Counted from the first letter of the stretch, positions 22,592-32,718 are shown. The stretch: 64,000 nucleotides of DNA from an uncultured Acidobacteriota bacterium (GCA_963786365.1 CAWAYR010000024.1:145960-209959); one strand, 5' to 3'. Notes: generated by a model from the sequence alone, not told the origin. A program made the numbers and translations.

Positions 22592-22645
22592 TCAAGGCGA
22601 GGCGCGTAAACCTCTGCCCTGCCCTACATACAGTTCGACAGCGCT

Positions 22646-23575
22646 CTAACGGCTCGCGTGGTCGAGGACCAGCACGATCCACAACAGCGGCAGGTAGATG
22701 ATCGTCGCGAAGAACAGCCGCCGCGCCGAGGCGTGCGAGCGCGTGGCGGCGAACCCGAACGCCAGCCACAGCACCATCGCGCCGAGCAGCAGTGCCGCGG
22801 CGAGGTAGCGTGGACCGGCCAGGCCCAGGGCCGTCGGCAGCAGGCTGACCGGAATCATCGCCGCGGCGTAGAGCGCCGCCTGACGGCCGGTGCTGCGGCC
22901 GTCGGGCTCGATCACCGGCAGCAGCGGCATCCCGGCCCGCGCGTAGTCATCGCGATACATCCAGGCGATGGCCAGGAAGTGCGGCATCTGCCACATGAAG
23001 ACGATGGCGAAGAGCCCCCACCCCGGCAGCGACAGCGTGTTGGTGGCCGCGGCCCAGCCGATCAGCGCCGGCAGCGCTCCGGGGATCGCGCCGACGACGG
23101 TCGAGAGCGACGAGCGCAGCTTGAGCGGCGTGTACCAGATCAGGTAGGTGAGCATGGTGACGAGCGCCACCATCGCGGCCAGCGGATTGGTGAAGAGCCA
23201 CAACTCGACCAGGCCGGCGAGGGTGAGGGCGACGCCGAACCACAGCGCCGGGGCTACGGCGAGGCGGGCATCGGGCAGGGGCCGCCGCCGGGTGCGCCGC
23301 ATCAGCTTGTCGGTGTCCTTCTCCCAGACCTGATTCAACGCCGAGGCACCGGCCGCGACCAGCGTCGTGCCGACCACCGTGTGGACGAGCTCGGCAAGCG
23401 GCGCGCCGGCCCGCCGGCCCACGTAGTAGGCCACCAGCGTGGTCACGACCACGAGCAGATTCAAACGCGGCTTGGTGAGCGCGACGTAGTCCGCGGCCGC
23501 TGATGGCGACCGCACGGCCGCGAGGACCTGGCCCGACGTCGTCGCCGAGTGCGTGGGCGCGGGCATCTCGCTCAT
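22646..23575 (-). CDS. ctaB: Protoheme IX farnesyltransferase (heme O synthase)
   Basis: Starts MSEMPAP at 23575. Has the UbiA-type motifs ALNQVWEKDTDKLMRRTRRRPLP and MPHFLAIAWMYRDDY, with about 9 TM segments. ATGA overlap with the upstream gene (23572-23575). Confidence 0.9.
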   Translation of the reverse strand: MSEMPAPTHSATTSGQVLAAVRSPSAAADYVALTKPRLNLLVVVTTLVAYYVGRRAGAPLAELVHTVVGTTLVAAGASALNQVWEKDTDKLMRRTRRRPLPDARLAVAPALWFGVALTLAGLVELWLFTNPLAAMVALVTMLTYLIWYTPLKLRSSLSTVVGAIPGALPALIGWAAATNTLSLPGWGLFAIVFMWQMPHFLAIAWMYRDDYARAGMPLLPVIEPDGRSTGRQAALYAAAMIPVSLLPTALGLAGPRYLAAALLLGAMVLWLAFGFAATRSHASARRLFFATIIYLPLLWIVLVLDHASR

Positions 23576-24354
23576 GTCGTGGGCGCCGTGAAGGTGAGCG
23601 ACAACGACGCCGTGCCGTGCGCGGTGACGGTCACGGTGCCGGACTGCGTGCCGGCGGCCTCGTGCCACGCTTCCACGGTGTAGCTGCCCGGTGGCAGGTT
23701 GGCCAGGGTGAAGGCGCCGTCGGCACCGGTGACCGCGAAATAGGGATGGTTGACGACGCCGATATAGGCGTTCATCCAGGCGTGCACGTCGCACTTCATC
23801 GGGACCATCACTTCGGCGGTGGAAAAGGTGTGCGCGTAGTGCATGCCCTGCACCGGCTGGCCCTGGTTGAAGGGCTCGTTCACCGCCGAGTTGGCCCGCA
23901 CATTGTGCAGGAGCGGGTCCGAATTCCGCACCTCGAGCGGTTGGCCGACACGCACGCCGACGACCCGAGGAACGTACCAGCACCGCTGCTGGTCGAGCAC
24001 GACCGGCTCCTGGGGCACCGGAAAACTGCGGCCGTCGAGTCCAGCGGTCACGTGGACGAAGACGTTCGCCAACCCGCCCTCAGCGCCGACGACGTAGGTT
24101 TCGGTGGCGCGCCGGGCTCCGGGAGCGAACGTCGCGCAGGTCTTGTCGCCGTCCAGACGCACGGTGGCCGCCGGCGGCGGTGTGCCGTCCAGGATCACGC
24201 GGCCCCGCACCGTCCCGCTGGTCGCGGGGTCGACGCTGGTGGCCGTGTTCGGCGGCGTCGACGCCGGGCCGCTGCTGCACGCTGCGGCAGCGGCGACGAT
24301 CCCGATCGTCGCCACGAGTCGGCTCGCGACGCACCGCGCCTGCAGGCTGGCCAC
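23572..24354 (-). CDS. Lipoprotein with a cupredoxin (type-1 copper) domain and a CarboxypepD_reg-like C-terminal domain
   Basis: Lipobox AAAAACSS. Candidate T1Cu ligands are H in DPLLHNV and the C-x2-H-x2-M loop KCDVHAWM (amicyanin-like spacing). C-terminus is FTLANLPPGSYTVEAWHE. Confidence 0.65.
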   Translation of the reverse strand: MASLQARCVASRLVATIGIVAAAAACSSGPASTPPNTATSVDPATSGTVRGRVILDGTPPPAATVRLDGDKTCATFAPGARRATETYVVGAEGGLANVFVHVTAGLDGRSFPVPQEPVVLDQQRCWYVPRVVGVRVGQPLEVRNSDPLLHNVRANSAVNEPFNQGQPVQGMHYAHTFSTAEVMVPMKCDVHAWMNAYIGVVNHPYFAVTGADGAFTLANLPPGSYTVEAWHEAAGTQSGTVTVTAHGTASLSLTFTAPTT

Positions 24355-24361
24355 GCCGCGA

Positions 24362-25789
24362 TTATCTCCCTGCCGGGGCGGATGTGGGCGCAGTGCCGCC
24401 GGCCTCGCGGATCTTGCGGAAGACGCGGTCTTCCATCCAGTGCGGATCCCACCACTCCACCGGATTCACCTGCACGCCGCCGACCAGCATCGTGAAGTGC
24501 AGGTGATCGCCGCCGGCCAGGCCGGTGGTGCCGGAGCGGCCGAGGGTCTGGCCCTTGTCGACGGTATCGCCCTCCTTCACCTCCATCGACGACAGGTGCC
24601 CGTAGAGCGACTGCACGCCCAGCCCGTGGTCGACGACGATGCAGTTGCCGTAGATGCCGAGGTAGGCGGCGTGCACGACGACGCCGCGATTGGCGGCGGT
24701 GACCGGCGCCTGCTGCGTCGAGGCCAGGTCGAAACCGAGATGGGTCTGCTGGTCGACTTCCTTACCCTCGAAGACGTAGGTGCGATGGTCGGCGAACCGC
24801 GACTCCACCTGGGTGTTGCCCAGCTGGGTGAACGCCTCCTGCCAGCGCATCTCGGGCGCGGTCTTGGCGGCGAGCGCGGCGATCGCCTGGTTGTTCTGCT
24901 GGCGCAAGTCGCGATTGATGACCAGGAATCCGTCGAGCCGGTCGGTCCCGGAACCGGCGGCCAGGCCCAGCGACGGCGTGTTGGCGGCGATGTCCGGCAC
25001 GACACGGTCGAGGAAGGCGCGGTCGAGGGCGATGCGCGACCGCTGGAACCGCTTCGGGAAGGTCTGGCAATCCATGCGCGCGGTGGCTTCGTTGCCGGCT
25101 TCGTCGCGGGCGAACACCACGACCGGCGTGGCCGCGTCCTGATCGAAGGGCAGGGCGAAGAACGCCACCTGCAGCGCCGGGTCGGAGAGGCCGACGGCCT
25201 TTCCCGGGAACGCCGTGAACGACTGGTCGCCGACCCGGACGCCGGTCTGGACATCGGACGGCGTGGCCCGCAGCACGACGAACTCCGACCCGCCCAGGTT
25301 GAGGAAGTGGTGCGTCGACACGATCGCGACCCGTGGCGGATCGAGGCGCACCTCGAGGTCACGGGTGACGGTGCTGACCGCCTCGCGGTAGCCGAAGAGC
25401 ACCGGCCGGCCGGCGGTCACGGTGAGCGTGGCCTTGCCGGGCACCAGCGCCGGCTGTGCCGTCTTGCCGATCGGCCGGATGACCCAGAGCCGATCCGACG
25501 ACGCTTGTTTGACCTCGGCGGCCGGGTCCGCCGCGGCGGTGCCGTCGGGGTCGAGGGCGAAAACCGGGATCGTCTGGTCGCCTTGCGCCAGCGTGGCAGT
25601 GAGCCGCGTGAGGCGCCCGGCCGGGGCGTCCACGAACAGCTCGAGCGAACCGGTCTGGCCGACGAACCGGGCCGGGCTCTTGACCTCGATGACCGGGCCG
25701 GCCTCGCGCCCGGCCAGGAACCAGGCGACACCGGCGCTGCCGGCGGCAATCACTATCAGCGTCACGAAGGCGCGTCGCAACATCCGCAT
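24362..25789 (-). CDS. M23 family metallopeptidase with an N-terminal membrane anchor
   Basis: Intact 475-aa ORF. HLGFDLA (HxxxD) and GLAGGDHLHF (HxH) are the LytM/M23 catalytic motifs. Confidence 0.85.
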   Translation of the reverse strand: MRMLRRAFVTLIVIAAGSAGVAWFLAGREAGPVIEVKSPARFVGQTGSLELFVDAPAGRLTRLTATLAQGDQTIPVFALDPDGTAAADPAAEVKQASSDRLWVIRPIGKTAQPALVPGKATLTVTAGRPVLFGYREAVSTVTRDLEVRLDPPRVAIVSTHHFLNLGGSEFVVLRATPSDVQTGVRVGDQSFTAFPGKAVGLSDPALQVAFFALPFDQDAATPVVVFARDEAGNEATARMDCQTFPKRFQRSRIALDRAFLDRVVPDIAANTPSLGLAAGSGTDRLDGFLVINRDLRQQNNQAIAALAAKTAPEMRWQEAFTQLGNTQVESRFADHRTYVFEGKEVDQQTHLGFDLASTQQAPVTAANRGVVVHAAYLGIYGNCIVVDHGLGVQSLYGHLSSMEVKEGDTVDKGQTLGRSGTTGLAGGDHLHFTMLVGGVQVNPVEWWDPHWMEDRVFRKIREAGGTAPTSAPAGR

Positions 25790-25869
25790 CGACTGATGAT
25801 ATCCGCGCGTGTGGTGAGGTTGACAGTCCGCGGCGTCGCCGAGTACCGTTGAACGTTCCAGCGACCCGT

Positions 25870-25944
25870 GCCGGTATCGTCTAGGGGTCAGGACACGTGG
25901 TTCTCAGCCACGGGACCGGGGTTCGAATCCCCGTACCGGTACCA
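25870..25944 (+). tRNA. tRNA-Glu (anticodon CUC), CCA encoded
   Basis: Hand-folded cloverleaf. Acceptor stem GCCGGTA/TACCGGT, anticodon stem CGTGG/CCACG with loop TTCTCAG, T-arm CGGGG-TTCGAAT-CCCCG, discriminator A followed by CCA. Confidence 0.9.
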
Positions 25945-26148
25945 GCCTTCGCTGATCCCCATCCGCTCCTGAGCCAGCCCGCAGGCTCGCCGTCACTCCG
26001 ACCAGATTTTCGGGCGTTCCATCGTCCTCCCCTGATCTCAGTGGCCATCGCCAGATCGGCAAAACAGGCCTGAATTCGCCGTTCTCGCGGGCACGCTCAT
26101 TGCACTCCTACCGTTAGGTCCCACCGGACCGCGGAGGGAAGGTCAGCT

Positions 26149-26616
26149 GTGACGAAATTCAAATCGGCTGTGATCGCCGCGCTCATCGCCAGCACGGTCA
26201 GTCTCCAACCGGTGCCGGCGCTGGCTCAGGGTCGCGGTCGGGGCCACGACAAACACCACGATCGTCGTGATCGGGACGACGACCGCTACTCCGACTACCG
26301 CTACAACGACGGCCGGCGCTACGACGATCGCCGCTACGACGCCGGGCGCTACGATGCGGCGCGCTACTACCGGAACGATCGCAAGTACCAGGCTCGCTAT
26401 CTCGGCCGCAACGACCGCATCTACCGCGGATCGGACAATCGCTACTACTGCAAACGCGACGACGGCACCACCGGCCTCATCGTCGGCGGCATTTCCGGCG
26501 GCGTCCTCGGCGGCGTGATTGCCCCCGGCGGCTCGAAGCCCCTGGGCGCCATCCTCGGTGCCGGCGTCGGCGCGCTCATCGGCCGCGAGATCGACAAGGG
26601 CGTCGAGTGCCGCTGA
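26149..26616 (+). CDS. Secreted R/D/Y-rich protein with a C-terminal glycine-zipper (17-kDa-antigen-like) domain
   Basis: GTG start with GGAGGGA upstream, then a signal peptide. An RYD-type low-complexity region precedes GLIVGGISGGVLGGVIAPGG...GAILGAGVGALIG. Confidence 0.7.
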   Translation: MTKFKSAVIAALIASTVSLQPVPALAQGRGRGHDKHHDRRDRDDDRYSDYRYNDGRRYDDRRYDAGRYDAARYYRNDRKYQARYLGRNDRIYRGSDNRYYCKRDDGTTGLIVGGISGGVLGGVIAPGGSKPLGAILGAGVGALIGREIDKGVECR

Positions 26617-26642
26617 CCACGGTCGACACCTCAACATCCATC

Positions 26643-26677
26643 ACACCGGCGCTGGCCCTGACCTAGGCAGCGCCGGT
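26643..26677 (+). terminator. Hairpin downstream of the glycine-zipper gene
   Basis: CACCGGCGCTG / CAGCGCCGGTG, an 11-bp perfect stem with a 13-nt loop, 27 nt after the stop at 26616. No U-tract. Confidence 0.4.
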
Positions 26678-26821
26678 GGGATCCTCGGCACTCCGCTACC
26701 CACTCCACCGCTCGATTCCCCGCCTCACCACGTCTGCGCGCTGGCACGCGCTGTGCTCTCCCAATCACGGTCGGACGACGGGGCACCTTCGCTCCTGACC
26801 CGGCAGTCAGGGAGACGGACC

Positions 26822-27304
26822 ATGGAAACACTGAACGACGTGTTCGAGCACACGCTGCAGGACATCTACTACGCCGAGCAGGCGCTCACCAAGGCCATCC
26901 CCAAGGCCCAGCGTGCCGCCTGTCACCCCGAGCTGAAGGACGCCCTCGCCGCACACCTGGGCGAGACCAAGGACCACGTCAAGACCTTGCAGCGGGTCTT
27001 CAAGACCCTGGGCCAGGAGGCCTCCGGCGAGAAGTGCCCGGCCATCGACGGCTTGATCGCCGAGACCGAGAGCGTGATCGAGGACGCCTCGGACGACGCG
27101 CTCGACGTCGCGCTCATCGGCTGCTGCCAGGCCATCGAGCACTACGAGATCTCGCGCTACGGTTCGCTGCGCGAGTGGGCCAAGGTGCTCGGCAACACCG
27201 AGGCGCACGATCTGCTGAGCAACATCCTCGACCAGGAGAAGGCGGCCAACAACAAGCTGACCCACCTGGCGGTCTCGACGGTCAATCAGACGGCCGAAGC
27301 CTAG
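26822..27304 (+). CDS. DUF892 / YciE-YciF-like ferritin-like stress protein
   Basis: METLNDVFEHTLQDIYYAEQALTKAIPK...QAIEHYEISRYGSLREWA...LDQEKAANNKLT, 160 aa with GGGAGA upstream. The 5' part of ORF 26519 is not coding. Confidence 0.75.
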   Translation: METLNDVFEHTLQDIYYAEQALTKAIPKAQRAACHPELKDALAAHLGETKDHVKTLQRVFKTLGQEASGEKCPAIDGLIAETESVIEDASDDALDVALIGCCQAIEHYEISRYGSLREWAKVLGNTEAHDLLSNILDQEKAANNKLTHLAVSTVNQTAEA

Positions 27305-27316
27305 CCGAACCGGGGG

Positions 27317-30015
27317 TCACTGCTCCCGCAGCACCCTCACCGGATCCACCCGCGTGGCGCGACGCGCCGGCACGTAGGCGGCAGTGGCCGCGGTGGCCAC
27401 GAGCACCAACGTGACCGCGCCGAGCGTCACCGGGTCGGTCGGCGTCACGCCGAACAGCAGCCCGCGGACGAAGCGCGACAACGCCAGGGCCCCACCCACA
27501 CCGAGAGCCACCCCGATCGCCACCGGCACCATGCCGCGGCCCATGACCAGCCACAGCACGCGCTGCGCGCTGGCGCCGAGCGCCATCCGGATCCCGAACT
27601 CGGGCGTCTGCTGGGTCACCGTGTAGGACAACACCCCGAAGACGCCGACGATCGCCAGCGCCAGCGCGACGCCGGCGAAGGCGCCGACCAGGACCATCGA
27701 CGACCGGGTCGGCGCCGTGGCCTGGCCCACGATGTCGTCCATGGTCCGAATCCGGACCAGCGGCACCCCGGGATCGAGCCGGCGCATCAGGTCGCGGACG
27801 GCCGGGGCGAGGCCGGCCGGGTCGGTCGAGGTGCGGACGGCGAACGTCAGGTTGGTGATGAGCGGCACCGCCGCATGCGGGGCGTACACGGTTTCGGGGC
27901 GCTCCTCGTCGAGCCCGACCTGCTTGACGTCGGCGACTACGCCGACGATCTCGGAGTCGGGGATGACGCGATTGTCGGGCGCGCCCATGTAGATCCGCTT
28001 GCCGATCGGATCTTCACCGGGGAAGAAGCGCCGCGCGATCGACTCGCTGACGACGACCACTCGACGCCCCTCGCCGCCGTCGTCAGCCGTGAATGTGCGG
28101 CCGCGCCGCACGGGCACACCCATCGCCTCGAAGTAGTTGGCGCGGACGACGCGGTTGGGCACGCCGGGCGGCGTCTGATCGGCCGGCCACGGCCGATCGA
28201 TGCGATTGAACCACGCGCCGTTGCCGCGTCCGGCCACTGGCAACGTGGTGGTCAGCGTGACGGCCCGTACGCCGGGCAACCGCTCGATCTCGACGGCGGC
28301 GCGCTCGAAGAACCCGGCCCGGTCGGCGGCGGTGCGATACGTGGCCGGCGGCAGCGACGTGGCGAAGGTGAGCAGCCGCTCCGGGTCGAACCCCGGCGGG
28401 ACCTCGAGCAGCGCCGCGAAGCTCCGGGCGAACAGTCCGGCGCCGACCAGCAGCATCACCGCCAGGGCCAGCTGCGAGCTGACCAGCCCGGCTCGCAGTG
28501 GCCCGGTGCGTCCGATCACCCGGGTGCCGTCGCGCAACGCCGTGATTGGCGTCCCACCGGCGAGCTGCAACGCCGGGAAGACGCCGATGAGCAGCCCGGC
28601 CGCCGCCGACACGAGCGCCGTGAACAGCAGCACCGCGGGGTCGAGGCCGATGCCGCCCAGACGCGGCAGGTCCTGGGGCAGATGCGTCGTGAGCAACCGG
28701 AGCAGCCCGGCACCGAGGCCCAGGCCGGCCAGGCCACCGGCGGCAGCGAGCCAGACGCTTTCGGCCAGTACCTGGCGGACGAGCCGGGCGTGCCCGGCCC
28801 CGAGGGCCTGGCGCACGGCCATTTCGCGTCGGCGGTTGGCGGCCCGGGCCAGCAGGAGGTTGCCGAGGTTGGCGCAGGCGATGAGCAGCACGAAGCCGGC
28901 AGCGCCCATCAGCAGCACCAGACGACCCTCCACGCCGTCGAGGAGGACTTCTTTCAACGGCACGACCGCGGCCACCGCGTTCTGCGTGTATTGCGGGTAG
29001 TCGCGACGGATGGCGTCCATCACCGTGTCGAGCTGGGTCTTGGCCTGATCCACGTCCAGGCCGGGCTTCAGCCGGGCGAGGCCAGCCAGGAAGTACTGAT
29101 CGCGGTTGCCGCGGAACGCCGCATCGAACCGGGCTGGTACCCAGGTACTCGTAGTCGTAGTCGAAGAACGCGAAGTCCGCGGGCATGACGCCGACCACGG
29201 TGTGCGGGTCCCCGGTGATGGTCAGCGATTGCCCGACTCCGCTGGTCGGGCCACCGAAGAGCCGCCGCGCCAGGCGCGCGCTGAGCACGACCACGCGCTG
29301 CGCCCCCGGGTCGTCGTCGGCAGCGGTGAGGGCCCGGCCCTCCGCCGCCTGGCGGCCCAACACCTCGAACAGCGGGCCGACGCAGATGCCGCCGCGCAGG
29401 CGTTCGGCGCCGTCGCCAACGGTGACGATGCGCTCGGTGGGCGAAAATCCGGCGACCGATTCGAACGCCGTCGCCGCCCGCATCCAGTCGTACAGGTTGC
29501 CTGGGGTGGTGCTGTCGAGGCTCGTGCCGCCGTCGGTGTAGTGGCCGAGCACCACCAGCCGGTCGGGATCCTCGAACGGCAGCGCCTTCACCATTACGCC
29601 GTGCACCACGCTGAAGATCGCGGTGTTGGCGCCGACCGCCAGCGCCACCGTGGCGATGCAGACGGCGGCGAAGCCGGGGCTGCGCCACAGGAGCCGGGTC
29701 GCATAGCGGAGATCCTGGGTCAGCGCGGCGAACATGGACGTCCTCCCGGGAGCGGTTGACGTGGCGAGCAGACGGTCGTCGACGGGCCGCCGCGGCGGCG
29801 CGCAGCGATGTTCGAGCCAGGCGAAGCGGCCGAGCGAGACGAGCTCACGCGCGGTGACGCGCGACGACGCCCGGCGCACCCTGGCGGCGCTGCGCCTCCT
29901 GCACCTGCTCGTCGAAGACCGCCGCCAACTGGGCGCCGAGCCGCGTACGGGTGGGCGACGGCAGCAGGCCGAGCGCGGCGCGGTGAAGGCGGACGGCCAG
30001 GTGGCGCACGGTCAT
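27317..30015 (-). CDS. ADOP-family duplicated orphan FtsX permease (MacB-like) with an N-terminal prefix segment; about 2 frame changes (about 29100, about 29860)
   Basis: ATG at 30015 overlaps the padR stop (MTVRHLAVRLHRAALGLLP...). Then MFAALTQDLRYATRLLWRSPGFAAV (ORF 28083), then ORF 27317..29053, which has two FtsX-type 4-TM modules and ends AAYVPARRATRVDPVRVLREQ. No ABC ATPase gene is adjacent. Confidence 0.8.
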
Positions 30016-30380
30016 GCTTTCCGCGGGGTCAGGCGCTTCTGCCGCGCCATCTTCACCGCCCGCTCGAGGCGGGCGGCTTCGAGCCGGGCAACGTCGAGGC
30101 CGGCCGGCCGGATGCCGTAGTAGCGCCGGCGCGGGTCGTCGTCGCCGGGGCGCGACCGTCCGTCGCGCTCTTCGATGAGCCCGGCATCGAGCAGCCGCTT
30201 GATCGCGGCGTAGAGCGTGCTCGCCGTCAGGCTGACTTCCTCCGCCGTGCGGCGGCGGATGTCCTGGATGATCGCGTAGCCGTGCAGGTCCTGGTCGCAC
30301 AGCGACAGCAGAATCTGGAAGACCGGCACGGTGAGAGGCAGGTGGTCCTGCGGCAGACGGCGGCGTGGGTAGTCGGGCAT
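30012..30380 (-). CDS. PadR family transcriptional regulator
   Basis: Intact 122-aa ORF with the winged-helix signature LSLCDQDLHGYAIIQDIRRRT...STLYAAIKRLLDAGLIE. Confidence 0.85.
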   Translation of the reverse strand: MPDYPRRRLPQDHLPLTVPVFQILLSLCDQDLHGYAIIQDIRRRTAEEVSLTASTLYAAIKRLLDAGLIEERDGRSRPGDDDPRRRYYGIRPAGLDVARLEAARLERAVKMARQKRLTPRKA

Positions 30381-30393
30381 GGTCGGACGCGTT

Positions 30394-30416
30394 ACGGTAT
30401 ACCGTCAAACGGTATA
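30394..30416 (-). promoter_or_regulatory. Candidate PadR operator: a perfect 12-bp palindrome plus an adjacent half-site repeat
   Basis: ACGGTATACCGT (30394-30405) lies 14 nt upstream of the padR ATG. ACGGTATA (30409-30416) follows after a 3-nt spacer. It is an AT-rich island in GC-rich DNA. Confidence 0.4.
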
Positions 30417-30463
30417 GACGCAACGCGCCACCGAATGGTTGACGCCGCCGGCGCGACGAGCGC

Positions 30464-31099
30464 CTAGGCCGCGAACCGCAGCGGCACGAAGCGTTCTGGG
30501 ACGTGGAAGTCGGCGGCCGGCGTGCCGGTCGGCGCGAAGGCGAGGTAGTGCCGCGTCCCGTGCAGCCGGCTGACACGGAAGAGGTTGGCGCGCCAGCAGT
30601 CGCCGGGCCGCGGCGTTATCCCAAAGGCGGAAAACGGCACCATCATCACGGCGCGCCACGTCTCCGCCGCGGCGTCGATCGTGGCCGCGGTGCGCATCCC
30701 GCTCTGCCAGCGCCAGTCGACGTCGACCCGTGGGCGACGAATGGCCAGGTCGCACCATTGGCCGGTGGGCGCGACCTCGAATTCCTTGTAGCTGTCGGCG
30801 TCCGGCTCGCGTGGCGACTGCACGAACGCCTCGCAGACGTCGCGTTCCCAGAGCCCGTGACGTTCGCTGGCCGGGTCGGACGGGCTGTCGACGTCGAGTT
30901 CGGTGAACCGGCACTCGAAGCCGACCCAGAGCTGCGTCGGTGTCCACAGGACGCGGGCCGTCGTGTCGAGCTCTGGTGGGGCCGGCGTGCCCTGCCACGA
31001 CCGATCGAGCGCCACGGCGGGCGTCCGGCGCCACGAGTCGTGGGTGAAGTCGGCGGCCAGCGGCAGCGGATCCGGTGAGAACGACGCGATCAGGTCCAT
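30464..31099 (-). CDS. Carbohydrate-binding family 9-like (DOMON-like) protein, no signal peptide seen
   Basis: Intact 211-aa ORF: LWTPTQLWVGFECRF...EVAPTGQWCDLAI...WRANLFRVS resembles the CBM9-like fold. Lies 8 nt downstream of the GT-C gene. Confidence 0.45.
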   Translation of the reverse strand: MDLIASFSPDPLPLAADFTHDSWRRTPAVALDRSWQGTPAPPELDTTARVLWTPTQLWVGFECRFTELDVDSPSDPASERHGLWERDVCEAFVQSPREPDADSYKEFEVAPTGQWCDLAIRRPRVDVDWRWQSGMRTAATIDAAAETWRAVMMVPFSAFGITPRPGDCWRANLFRVSRLHGTRHYLAFAPTGTPAADFHVPERFVPLRFAA

Positions 31100-31106
31100 G
31101 GATGGC

Positions 31107-32718
31107 TCACCGACGGGCCGTGGTCGGCCCCCGGCCCTCGGCCAGCTTGCTGACGACGGCGAGCAGCATCGCGTCGAGCGAGGCGACGTCGCGCGTCTCC
31201 CGCAGCAGCGGCGGCAGCGAGCGCATGAACGGCTCGGCCGTGTCGTCGACGCGAGAGGCGGCGCCGGTCGTCGGATCCCAGTGGAACACCACGACCGGCG
31301 GCTGCGCCGGATCGTCCATCCACGCCTGCAGCAATCCGCGGGTGTGCGGCTCCCACAGATGGGCCGGGCAGCAGTGGATCGACGAGTGCGTGACCACCCG
31401 GAGCCGGGCGGTCAGGTCGGTGGCCGTGAAGGGCGGACGCAGCGCGTGTGGCACGGCGAAGTCGAAGCTGCGGCGCGGGGCCCCGGCGAGCACGAGTGTG
31501 CCGGCGGGCATCCGCTGCGCCTCCTCCTCGAGGTCGAGCACGATGCGGTGCGAGACCATCGCCCGCACGTCCCACAGCGCCACCTCGCGGCGGAGCTGCG
31601 CGGCGTAGACGACCAGCACCGCCGTCGCGAGTGCTACCGCGACCCAGCGCGCGGCGACCGCCTCGCGCCGCCACAGCAACTCCGCCGGCACCGCCAGCAG
31701 GATCGCCCAACCGACCGACGCGAGGTACATGTGACGCGGCGACGCATATCCGGCCACCAACGTCGGCGCCATCGACAAGCCGATCCAGACGAGGCCGAAG
31801 AAGACCGCGACGCCGATGAGCGAGGCGGCGCGTCGTCCAACCGCCCATGCGCCGTAAAGCATGGCGGCCGCGGCCGCGGCGCGCGACCCAGGTCGCCAGC
31901 CGCGCGCCGGCCATCGCCACGCCCGGCTCGCCGTAGACCATCCGCTTGAGGTGCACGGCCACGTCCATCACGAACACGCGCAGCTGCTGGGCGTTGAGCA
32001 TGCTCTCCCGCGCGACCTCGCCGAATAGCACGTAGCGCAGCGCCAGGTAGGCGACGGTCAGCACGGCGAACGGCAGGTAGGGCCGCAGCCACGCCCAGGT
32101 CGGTCGCGGCGGCTGGCGGCGGACGACCAGGTCGTAGGCCACCAGGCACGGGCCGAGGATCACGGTGTTCTGCTTCGAGAGGAGCGCCACCGCGCACCAC
32201 ACCACCGACCAGACGTAGTCGCGGCGCCGGCCGTCGGCGCGCCAGCGCACGAATTGCAGGAACGCCGCCAGGAAGAAGCACGCCGGCATCGAGTCGACGC
32301 GTCCGGTGATCCAGGCCACCGATTCGGTCTGCATCGGCAGGAGCGCGAAGAGGAGCGCGGCGAACATGGCCGCCGCCACCTGGAAACCGGCCGCCCGCCT
32401 GGCGACGGCGAGGACGAGCAGCGCGTTGCCGGCGTGGAACAGGATGTTGACGACGTGATTCGCCGTCGGCGAGGCGGCGCCGAACCCGGCGGCGATCTGA
32501 TAGGACAGCGCCGGGAAGGGCCGGATCTCGTCGGGCGTGTAGCCCCAGATGTCCTCCATCCACGTCGTGACGAACCAGCGCGGGAAGTAGGTGGCCGGCT
32601 TGCTCGCCAGCAGCGCCACCACGCCGAAGTCGTCCTGCACGAAGTAGTTGTCGAGCGTCGGCAGGTAGGGCACGGCCGCCGCCAGCCCGACCGCCAGCGC
32701 CGCCGCCCGCCATGTCAT
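31107..32718 (-). CDS. GT-C fold membrane glycosyltransferase (PMT/ArnT-like); one frame change near 31870
   Basis: Starts MTWRAAALAVGLAAAVPYLPTLDNYFVQDDFGVV, with the acidic DD motif in the first loop. About 10 TM segments run across ORF 31090..33093 (central part) and ORF 31107..31862. ATGA overlap with the upstream GT2 (32715-32718). Confidence 0.6.

Noticed and set aside
25820-25849. Sigma70-like promoter for tRNA-Glu (TTGACA, 18-nt spacer, TACCGT)
   Set aside because: The -35 is perfect, but the -10 is poor and the spacer is 18 nt. The support is too weak to report as a feature.
25945-30400. Genomic island integrated at tRNA-Glu
   Set aside because: There is no integrase, excisionase or transposase. 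I noticed no direct repeat of the tRNA 3' end downstream. The genes following it look like ordinary chromosomal cargo.
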